64,000 nucleotides of DNA, taken from an uncultured Fibrobacterota bacterium (GTDB lineage: Bacteria > Fibrobacterota > OXYB2-FULL-49-7 > JAEUSG01). Position 1 is the first letter of the stretch. Every line of letters begins with the position of its first letter. Shown here piece after piece: positions 57,901 to 64,000 of the stretch. A program made the translations under genes and the position numbers. The notes beneath the pieces are model-generated. The model had not been told where the DNA came from. It saw only the letters and a list, made by a program, of their open reading frames with translations, and made no database searches. The stretch is from contig CAZPWS010000003.1 of NCBI GenBank assembly GCA_964590225.1, forward strand, positions 75,899 through 139,898, in the 5' to 3' direction.

Positions 57901-58015
57901 GTCGGGAAAAGGACATGTTGCGTGGGATGCCTCAAATCATGCCTCGGGTATATATGTTGCAGTTTTTCGTAACGGTGGCACGACTCTCAGGAAGAAGATG
58001 ATGTTGATAAGGTGA
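54995..58015 (+). CDS. Right-handed parallel beta-helix protein (lyase/hydrolase-like) with Big_2-like Ig domains, a LamG/ConA-like domain and a T9SS CTD
   Basis: Beta-helix rungs with Asn ladders (NNVVSY…, NISQNDG…, IYNNVFY…). The Ig-like segment is SVGNGRIVG. The LamG-like segment is VALWLRLN...WYFIVGTYDGSRLRIYLDGQ. The C-terminus has the NPFNP...GGTTLRKKMMLIR sorting domain. Confidence 0.75.
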   Translation: MEENMFKNFFVISWFVALFTFCVYGANYYVDNINGSDDNGGITPSLAWQTLTKVNSIESFQPGDSILLISGGVWTGSLKPNGSGSEGNPIVLGKYGGEARPIINGGGLDVVAPVALRNQSYWVIRDLEITNNNNNERDGIRRRGLSVTNPSGGIMNSIHVLNNYVHHVRGSLHGAMAFGGIVFVADSNYVMPSKDGTNSFNDVLVEGNIVSHTSRTGISFWDYSWQKANQASTNVKIRNNVVSYPDGDGILSYGCILDTLEHNIAHHCSNFTDPATNWIVSAGIWTTRGYYSVIQFNEAYAHQYAGADGQGFDIDGLSTGTILQYNYSHDNYGGFLLLCWDANNKNPIVRYNISQNDGRHLIRISASNAHIYNNVFYIGHGMSTKIVEDEGGTAVFNNNIIYNYGSGGYNFPGGTWSHNSFYGNHPASEPSDPYKLTSDPLLVAPGSGGIGRASVEGYRLQVGSPSLGSGLLISGSGGKDFWGNPVSSVAAPNRGVYSGLGIYTGNDTAVIVSLSCIAADSVVVPFQVTPLTLIAEREGGVFDTVTSSGQYVSLDTSVVIVNVFSGLVTAVSVGNGRIVGCFYNAFGPAYDTLVIRVVPDTAPHPDSISLATDSISLVLSPLDSVKIGVAGYFHSSYASWSRDMSNEVVWSSGDESVVTVSEGWLKSVSAGGPVMVTAGFDGKYDTCFVTVSPFINVPIGYWAFENSGFDSSGNGHTAVLSGGAVYGTGAVGQGVLLDGTDDVVTMGQNTQFGSMAKMTVALWLRLNALPPSGTQVPVLSKPFAHNIVLNNSGSFQFAVATTSNGWYSSAGNAVTSKTNLETDEWYFIVGTYDGSRLRIYLDGQLENTASANISGTIVSNSNALRIGDGSIWSTFRYLDGAIDEIRIYNEALGEGEIRQLYLLRDDGTTTGESVEVDEDGGFNMVVSPNPFNPFVNIWVSGIADDLSSLIIYDVNGRMAADLSKTLKGKSGKGHVAWDASNHASGIYVAVFRNGGTTLRKKMMLIR
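57773..58015 (+). repeat. Copy 3 of the CTD-encoding repeat (more diverged centrally, 3' 45 nt conserved)
   Basis: It begins TCACCAAATCCTTTTAACCC and ends GGCACGACTCTCAGGAAGAAGATGATGTTGATAAGGTGA. Confidence 0.7.
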
Positions 58016-58022
58016 TCGATAT

Positions 58023-61000
58023 ATGGTGAAACATCAAGGCTGTACATCCATATCGCTTGGAGCTCCTGTTGCTAATTATAGTAAAGATGCTGGCATTGAG
58101 ATTAAGGGATTTTATAAAGCGAGAAGCGATAAACTTCCTTTATTAGATACCAGTGTTAGGCTTTCTTGGAATGAAAATTCACTCTTTGTTTTATTTACCT
58201 CAAATGTAAAAGACATGGTTGGTTTTCCGCCGGCTACAGATATTGTTGTCTTTTATCTAAGATTGAATAGTTTTGCCAATGGTGAATATTTTAAATTTGT
58301 TGCTAAGAGAGACCGTTTTCAGGAAGGTTTCTTTCGATCGCCGAACTCCACACTTCCAGTCGCAATTAATGGTTATTCAGTTTTACATAATGATGTCTCG
58401 GTTAATAGTAAATGGGAGGTGCTGTTTACAATTCCATGGTGTTGCGTAGGTGGTTTGCCTAATACCTTTTTTGGTGTTCAAATGGAACGGCTCCACCTTA
58501 CTACAGGAGAAATTACCAGTCCATCTGCAATTGAACTTTATAATAAGTTGGATGACGATCTTTTCATAGAGGCAATTCTTGGCGGTGATGAAGAGATTTT
58601 TTACTCTTCAGGTGGATTAACAAAATTGCTTTCTGGTAAGAAAAAATGGCAATTACCGGCACTTCTTGAATATCCATCAAATACAGAATTGCGAGAAATA
58701 TGGAAGTTGCAAGGTTCGCTTCATGAACCAACGAATATTGACAATTTCGAAGAACGAATCCGTCTAACACAGCTATGGTATGATCTATTAGCATTTGAAG
58801 GGGTTAGTTTTCTCGAACAGGCTGGGCTTTGGTTACAGTCGGAAGGGCAGTATTCACCCTGGACAGCTCGAAACCTTGTTAACAGGTGTTTGCGCGATAG
58901 TGATTATGATAATGCCTACAAAATTCTTGATCTTCTGCTTAGCCAGTTTGATAAGGTGTCCCGGCGGTGGTTTGTCGATGGCTCGCCTTGCAACATTCGC
59001 GATGACGGATGGCATACGGTTGATACTTTAGAATCTCTTATTGTTAAGGAGCGAGAAGTAGAACTTCTTTGTTCTGTTTCTGGGAAGAAAATAAGTCTTT
59101 TTATTGCCTTTCCACGAATTGGTGGAGTTAGAATATGGACAGAGCAGCAAGGTAGATTTTCAAGCAAGGATTGTCATAACATATCCTTAGTTGATAAGGG
59201 ACAGTCTAACTACGAATTGCAATCAGATAGATACACTGTAAGCATTGTATCCGGTAAAAATTGGATTATGTCATTTAGAGCGAAAGACGACAAGAAAGAG
59301 AAGATTGTTTTGCGAAACGGCTCTCTTTCAATTCTGTTTGATGATAATAAGAACATCATCTCGGTTGACTTTAAATATAACATGGAAAGCGATGAGTCAA
59401 TTTTTGGCTTGGGGGAAAGGTATAATGCTTTTAATCAGCGTAAAAAGGTGATTACCATGCATCAACTTGATGCGTGGGAGGGGATAAATGGTGGAATGAG
59501 CAATCAGTCGTATAAGATAATACCACTGTGGCATAGTTCAAAAGGATACTCACTTTTTTGGAATACTTCTTGGTATATCAGAATTGACATTGGTGTTGCC
59601 CTCGAAAATATTTTTAGAGCAACTGCTCACGGCTCAGTGTTCGATCTGTATATCTGGTTGGATACTTATACGAATAACTTAAAGTCATACACAGACCTAA
59701 CGGGAAAGCCACTACTTCCGCCTAAATGGGTATTTGAGCCATGGATGGGTGGCGGAAGTCAAGTTTGGAATAAAAATCCTGATATTAAACCGGCATCGGC
59801 AATGATAGATGCAGCAGATAAGTTTAAGGAACTTGATATTCCGCATAGTGCTATATTTGCAGAAGGTGTAGGGAGTAATGATCCCGATTTGTATCCTTCT
59901 ATGGAACGACATGGCTTGCGCGTCCTTGCTTGGGGTTATCAGTCTATTTGGGCACTTGAAAAAAAAGTGGAAGGTTTAAAAGAAGTTGGCTTGCCTATTA
60001 TTAGGGATGAGAATGGTAAACAGTATAAATTTGATGGGGACCTCAAAGTTATAAATGGATATATTGATTTTACGCATCCCTTCGCCGAGCTCGCAATGAA
60101 TCTTGAATGGAAAACACGATTAGATATGGGCTTGTCCGGCATGATGGTAGATTTTGGCGACTTGGTTCCAGATGGAGCTACTTTTTTTGATGGAGTTAAA
60201 GGGGTAGAGCGGCACAATAGTTATTCGTACGAATATCACAAGACCATGAATAAGGTTTTTAAGAATAAGTTGAAAAATGATTTTGTTCTATTTGGAAGAG
60301 CAGCTTCCCCAGGAACGCAATCCTTTGTCTGCCATTTTGCTGGCGACCACTTGACCAACTTTACTGGTATGAAAGCTGCACTAATTGGTGCCTTGAATTT
60401 AGCTGTCTGCGGTTTTCCTTTTTGGGGCTCCGATATCGGGGGCTATTCGGGTATGCCCGATGAGGAGGTTTATATTCGTTGGCTTCAGTTTGGGGCATTC
60501 TCGCCACTTATGAGAATTCATGGTACTTATCCGAGAGAACCCTGGAATTACAGTGAAACAACCGTTGCAATTTACCGAAAGTATGCATGGCTCAGGGAAA
60601 ATATGCTTGATTACCTTTATGCGTGTGCTGAACATTCTCATCGTACTGGGGACCCCATGATGAAACCATTGCTTTTTGCTTTTCCGCATTCCCATTATCT
60701 TGATGGATGTGATGATGAATATTTGTTAGGGGACGACCTGCTTGTGGCCCCACTTTGTAGTCAAGCAAAAGAGAGACTTGTACTTTTCCCACCAGGGGTA
60801 TGGATACACCTTTGGAGTGGGAAACAGTTTACAGGCGAAAAAGCAATAATGGTTGAAGCACCTTTGGATCAAATCCCTCTCTTTCTTCGAGCGGGTTGCA
60901 GGATGCCTATACAGGTCAATAGAGATTTGAAACTTGGGGAGAGTATGCGGAATGGTTCGATTAAGGCCTTTTTAACAGCTTGTTCGGATAACTTGTCGTC

Positions 61001-61031
61001 TCCTATTCAAATTCAGAAGGCATCTGAATAA
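58023..61031 (+). CDS. Glycoside hydrolase family 31 enzyme (alpha-xylosidase/alpha-glucosidase-like) with a ~400-aa N-terminal extension and no signal peptide
   Basis: GMMVDFGDLVP parallels the YicI nucleophile region FKTDFGE, and WLQFGAFSPLMRIHG parallels the GH31 (R)WxQxGAFxPxxRxH motif. The N-terminal 400 aa are unassigned. Confidence 0.8.
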   Translation: MVKHQGCTSISLGAPVANYSKDAGIEIKGFYKARSDKLPLLDTSVRLSWNENSLFVLFTSNVKDMVGFPPATDIVVFYLRLNSFANGEYFKFVAKRDRFQEGFFRSPNSTLPVAINGYSVLHNDVSVNSKWEVLFTIPWCCVGGLPNTFFGVQMERLHLTTGEITSPSAIELYNKLDDDLFIEAILGGDEEIFYSSGGLTKLLSGKKKWQLPALLEYPSNTELREIWKLQGSLHEPTNIDNFEERIRLTQLWYDLLAFEGVSFLEQAGLWLQSEGQYSPWTARNLVNRCLRDSDYDNAYKILDLLLSQFDKVSRRWFVDGSPCNIRDDGWHTVDTLESLIVKEREVELLCSVSGKKISLFIAFPRIGGVRIWTEQQGRFSSKDCHNISLVDKGQSNYELQSDRYTVSIVSGKNWIMSFRAKDDKKEKIVLRNGSLSILFDDNKNIISVDFKYNMESDESIFGLGERYNAFNQRKKVITMHQLDAWEGINGGMSNQSYKIIPLWHSSKGYSLFWNTSWYIRIDIGVALENIFRATAHGSVFDLYIWLDTYTNNLKSYTDLTGKPLLPPKWVFEPWMGGGSQVWNKNPDIKPASAMIDAADKFKELDIPHSAIFAEGVGSNDPDLYPSMERHGLRVLAWGYQSIWALEKKVEGLKEVGLPIIRDENGKQYKFDGDLKVINGYIDFTHPFAELAMNLEWKTRLDMGLSGMMVDFGDLVPDGATFFDGVKGVERHNSYSYEYHKTMNKVFKNKLKNDFVLFGRAASPGTQSFVCHFAGDHLTNFTGMKAALIGALNLAVCGFPFWGSDIGGYSGMPDEEVYIRWLQFGAFSPLMRIHGTYPREPWNYSETTVAIYRKYAWLRENMLDYLYACAEHSHRTGDPMMKPLLFAFPHSHYLDGCDDEYLLGDDLLVAPLCSQAKERLVLFPPGVWIHLWSGKQFTGEKAIMVEAPLDQIPLFLRAGCRMPIQVNRDLKLGESMRNGSIKAFLTACSDNLSSPIQIQKASE

Positions 61032-63273
61032 CCCCAAGTTTTATGTGTTTGTATATGGTCATTCTTGATATGCCAAGCATATCAGCTGCCCACGAAATAT
61101 TACCTTTGCATTTATCTATTGCCTCCGCAATTTTTTGTGCTGAATATTTAATATTCCTCCTTTTCGGTTTTTTAGCTATAGAGGTCGTTATCTGGCTGTA
61201 ATTGTCTGGAAGTTCTACATTTTCGCCTTTAAGAATTTTTCCTTCGCACAGTGTGGCTGAGCGAAGCAATAAATTATAAAGTTCACGAATATTTCCAGGC
61301 CAGTCATATTGGAGGAGCTTTACATACACGCTTCTTTCAATCTTGTCAATGTTTTTTACAAGCTGCTTAATATGACTATGAAAAAGGTAATCAGTTATTA
61401 TAGGGATGTCTTCCAGTCTCTCGCGAAGTGGTGGGCACTCTATGTTTAGGACATTCAGACGGTAGTAGAGGTCATCCCTGAACTTTTTTTCCATGATTAG
61501 CTGTAGTAGATTTTTATTGGTGGCAGTTATTACCCGGACATCAGTGTATATACGCTTATTGGAGCCGATAGGCATAAAGGAGTGGTCGTGCAAAAATGTC
61601 AATAATTTTGCCTGTGCCGAAAGGGAAAGATTACCAATTTCATCCAGAAATAGTGTACCATTGTGGGCAAGCTCAAGTTTTCCTTTTGTTGTTTCTGTAG
61701 CTCCAGTGAATGCCCCCTTTTTAAATCCGAAAAGCTCCGACTCTATAAGGGTTTCCGGCAGTGTTGCACAGTCGATAGAAATAAAAGGGCCGTTGTTTCG
61801 ATGGCTTAAAAGATGGATTGTTTCAGCGAGAAGGCTTTTTCCCGTACCTGTTTCCCCGAATATTATAATTGAGTTGTCCGTTCTGGCAACGGCCGCAGCA
61901 TTGCTTTTAAGTTTGCATATTATTGCAGATTCGCCGACAACTCTTTTAAGCGCATTCTCTCGCTGAATTTCTGTTTTGAGATCTGTCAATTCTTTTGTGT
62001 CGTTCTCTTTTTGTGTTTTAAGTATTTCAAATTTTTCATAAAGTGAAAGGTCCTCGAATATTATCTCTCTCTTTATTGGGATGGGGCCGCCAATCGCTCT
62101 TAAATTATCAATTAACCTGTATTTTTTTTCTGGCTTTGATTTAAACCATGCAATTGTGGTGCTCACACGATTACTTTTTTGGGATTTATAAGCTGAAACA
62201 TCAAGCGATATCAGGTTAGCATCAGAGCAATTATTGATTTCAATGGTAGTGTCTTCTTGTGATGGCAAAAATCGTAAGTCCGATAAAGAGATTGCTCCAA
62301 TCATATAATGGTCAAAAAAAAGCTGTATAATATTACTCTGTTTTCTATACTCGACTGTATATGTTTTATCTGTGTTGAGCTCGGTAATGGGAAGGCGAAA
62401 GGCTTTTTGTGGTTTATCGTTAAGTGACGCAATAAGAAAAATTCCGTTAACAAATTTTCGTAACTGACTTGGCAGTTGCGCGAATAGCAATTTGTTTTCT
62501 TCGGAGCCAATGCTAATTGTTGGCAGTATGCCGTTAGTGCATCTGAAACTTATATTTACCGTGTAATCTTCTTTTATAAAATCCAATTGGCATTTATGAG
62601 ATATGTTTTCCTGTAAGGTAGAGCGATATAGGGTGAGATTGGTACCTGTGTTGTTATAGCAAATGGGTTCTTCTGCTTGTTTATCCTCTTTAACCGTAAT
62701 TACCTCGCTCAGGTTTTTGCCAAGAGCAGGCTGTAATTCCATAAATATTTCTTCGAATGCTTTGCCAAAACCTATTATTCTTGAGTTGTGGTCTGTAAGA
62801 AGGCTTAGTTTATTGGTAGATGTTTTTAACAGGTCTTCGATGTTTAGGTGAATTATTCCCAATAAGTATTCTTTGTTTAATGTTAAAAACCGTATAGACG
62901 ACAGGGGTATTATGCTTTTGTAAACTATTTCGCCGGATTCGGTTTCAAAGATGTTTTTAGAGCGGAAATATGGCACTCCCCATATAGCTTTGTTTTTACC
63001 GTTAGGATCTAAAAGTCCGCCGTAGTACTCACGCATAAAGGCGATGGGTCGAATGTTGCTTAGGGGGAATTCGGGCGTTTCATAAAGTTCAGAAACCGCT
63101 CTGTGCAGCAGTTTTTTTCTTCCCTTTTTAAGCATATGGTCTTCTTTTGGACTATAGACCCACTGAATAATGCCGTGCTTATCTGTAATAATCAAGATGT
63201 GCCAGTTTGGCAACTGCTCAAACAAAAAAGGGTAATTTGTAAGTTTTTGAATAGCTTTTATAATTTCAGGCAT
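61003..63273 (-). CDS. Sigma-54-dependent transcriptional activator (EBP) with a ~440-aa N-terminal sensor region of unknown type
   Basis: AAA+ sigma-54 activator core (GETGTGKS Walker A, GAFTGA, ESELFG) and a C-terminal Fis-type HTH (MLGISRMTIYKHIK). The N-terminal 440 aa have no recognisable receiver, GAF or PAS motif. The 3' end overlaps the GH31 gene end by 29 nt (convergent). Confidence 0.85.
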   Translation of the reverse strand: MPEIIKAIQKLTNYPFLFEQLPNWHILIITDKHGIIQWVYSPKEDHMLKKGRKKLLHRAVSELYETPEFPLSNIRPIAFMREYYGGLLDPNGKNKAIWGVPYFRSKNIFETESGEIVYKSIIPLSSIRFLTLNKEYLLGIIHLNIEDLLKTSTNKLSLLTDHNSRIIGFGKAFEEIFMELQPALGKNLSEVITVKEDKQAEEPICYNNTGTNLTLYRSTLQENISHKCQLDFIKEDYTVNISFRCTNGILPTISIGSEENKLLFAQLPSQLRKFVNGIFLIASLNDKPQKAFRLPITELNTDKTYTVEYRKQSNIIQLFFDHYMIGAISLSDLRFLPSQEDTTIEINNCSDANLISLDVSAYKSQKSNRVSTTIAWFKSKPEKKYRLIDNLRAIGGPIPIKREIIFEDLSLYEKFEILKTQKENDTKELTDLKTEIQRENALKRVVGESAIICKLKSNAAAVARTDNSIIIFGETGTGKSLLAETIHLLSHRNNGPFISIDCATLPETLIESELFGFKKGAFTGATETTKGKLELAHNGTLFLDEIGNLSLSAQAKLLTFLHDHSFMPIGSNKRIYTDVRVITATNKNLLQLIMEKKFRDDLYYRLNVLNIECPPLRERLEDIPIITDYLFHSHIKQLVKNIDKIERSVYVKLLQYDWPGNIRELYNLLLRSATLCEGKILKGENVELPDNYSQITTSIAKKPKRRNIKYSAQKIAEAIDKCKGNISWAADMLGISRMTIYKHIKLGVIQMPSEFE

Positions 63274-63280
63274 GGTAGTA

Positions 63281-63320
63281 ATATGTAATAATATGTCAAA
63301 TTATGTCAAATTATGTTTTT
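63281..63320. promoter_or_regulatory. Four tandem 10-bp repeats (ATATGTAATA / ATATGTCAAA / TTATGTCAAA / TTATGTTTTT), a candidate upstream activator or architectural (IHF-like) site
   Basis: Seen directly in the sequence. They are helically phased (10 bp), lie 60-100 bp upstream of the sigma-54 promoter at 63381, and sit between the divergent EBP gene and its probable target. Confidence 0.35.
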
Positions 63321-63380
63321 GCGGTATCAGTTTCCTGCGGCAAACCTCTAATCTGCCCATAATATGGGGTAAAAGTATAT

Positions 63381-63395
63381 TGGCACTATAGTTGC
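63381..63395 (+). promoter_or_regulatory. Sigma-54 (RpoN) -24/-12 promoter: TGGCAC-TATAG-TTGC
   Basis: It matches the consensus TGGCAC-N5-TTGCW exactly, with GG and GC separated by 10 nt. It lies 59 nt upstream of the ATG at 63454 and 108 nt from the divergent EBP start codon. Confidence 0.6.
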
Positions 63396-63453
63396 GGCAG
63401 TTCTAAATCGTGGGTAGTTATTAAAGGATAAGAACCAACTTTGGGAGGGCCGT

Positions 63454-63999
63454 ATGCGCAAATTATGCTCCATTCTGTTCACTTGCTCTTTTGTTGCTCT
63501 GTTTTTCAGTGATTTAAAATCTGAAACAAGGGTAATAATGGGTTTTGAACTCGATAATATGGCAAAAGAGATTGGTGTAGGGCAGGTAAACGGCATGAAT
63601 TTCTATACAGGGCATAGAATTCTTCCTGCTGATTCAAGCAAAGTTAGGGTCGATAGTGTTGCCTCCTTTCTTTATCTCGATTCCACAGAGGCTACTGAAG
63701 GCACATGGTCAAGAGTTTATCCAATCTATCCGAATATTTGGAGCTATTCAAAGATTAATGGCAGAATTTTCTCTTTTCAACCGGAATCATACAGTAATTC
63801 TTTTGCATCGCTGATTGGTAAAGGTGTTTATTACGACGATTTCTTTAAATCTCAATGGCGGATGACCGGTACCATGTTTAATTTTCAAATTGATAGTTTG
63901 CCATTAGGACATAACTGGAACGGTTTTAATAAACTAAGGATGGATGTAAAGAGTGGTGCTAACACAGCTATTCGTATTAGAATAGGTGACGACAAAATT
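63454..63999 (+). CDS. Hypothetical secreted protein, 5' partial (continues beyond the window end)
   Basis: The ATG is preceded by GGGAGGG. There is a signal peptide (MRKLCSILFTCSFVALFFS) and an open frame to the window edge. It is not in the ORF track because no stop codon is reached. Confidence 0.55.
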   Translation, partial: MRKLCSILFTCSFVALFFSDLKSETRVIMGFELDNMAKEIGVGQVNGMNFYTGHRILPADSSKVRVDSVASFLYLDSTEATEGTWSRVYPIYPNIWSYSKINGRIFSFQPESYSNSFASLIGKGVYYDDFFKSQWRMTGTMFNFQIDSLPLGHNWNGFNKLRMDVKSGANTAIRIRIGDDKI

Positions 64000-64000
64000 T

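Noticed and set aside
1-64000. Search for tRNA/rRNA genes, CRISPR repeats, transposases, integrases and phage genes
   Set aside because: No T-psi-C-like GGTTCGAATCC cores, no short regularly spaced direct repeats and no DDE or tyrosine-recombinase-like ORFs were seen. Apart from the three accessory-like loci noted in the summary, the window looks like core chromosome.

Overview
The window is a 64-kb chromosomal segment with a largely housekeeping backbone, 40-45% GC by eye, and it carries three small accessory-like loci. The organism uses Shine-Dalgarno sites (AGGAG before grpE and dnaK). It also encodes three secreted proteins ending in near-identical T9SS-type C-terminal sorting domains and a small Hc1-type histone-like protein, which points to an FCB-superphylum-like (Fibrobacteres/Bacteroidota-related) bacterium. 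Taxonomy cannot be fixed from sequence alone. From the 5' end the content is as follows. (1) 1-7700: the tail of hrcA, then grpE, dnaK and dnaJ, with a sigma-54 enhancer-binding protein (EBP) overlapping the dnaJ stop, then a sugar epimerase, a LOG-family protein and a CheY-like regulator. (2) 7772-18565: a ~10.8-kb run of eight overlapping or translationally coupled genes. These are a WecA/MraY-type GT4, a possible Wzi-like outer-membrane protein, an M23 peptidase, a TPR-like secreted protein, nadB, a QxxRW-type GT2 synthase, a radical-SAM protein and a PhnP-like MBL hydrolase. (3) 18653-25710: sppA, an unannotated hc1-like small ORF, an endonuclease III-like glycosylase, a TadB/C-like membrane protein coupled to an FHA protein and a Ser/Thr kinase, a methyltransferase, and Yip1 and CBM9-like proteins. 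(4) 25722-34367 on the minus strand: a complete Pho regulon (phoB, phoR, porin, pstSCAB, phoU). It has self-consistent TTACAA direct repeats at 11-bp spacing at two promoters and a heavily structured 400-nt intergenic region. (5) 34484-46322: an outer-membrane barrel, ampG, queA, an unknown 616-aa protein, dnaE, a convergent nucleotidyltransferase, an HD-GYP protein and a DUF2007-like partner. (6) 46335-64000: a polysaccharide-degradation locus with a membrane-spanning AraC regulator, an NHL-like protein, three T9SS-CTD cargo proteins (including a clear PL8 chondroitin-AC-lyase-like enzyme and a beta-helix/LamG protein) and a GH31 enzyme. Beyond it lies a sigma-54 EBP carrying an unknown 440-aa sensor domain, divergent from a textbook sigma-54 promoter (TGGCAC-N5-TTGC) that drives a partial secreted-protein gene. 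No tRNA/rRNA genes, CRISPR arrays, transposases or integrases were seen. The most novel-looking candidates are the GT2 / radical-SAM / PhnP-like triad coupled to nadB, and the T9SS-linked glycan-degradation locus with its dual AraC and sigma-54 control.
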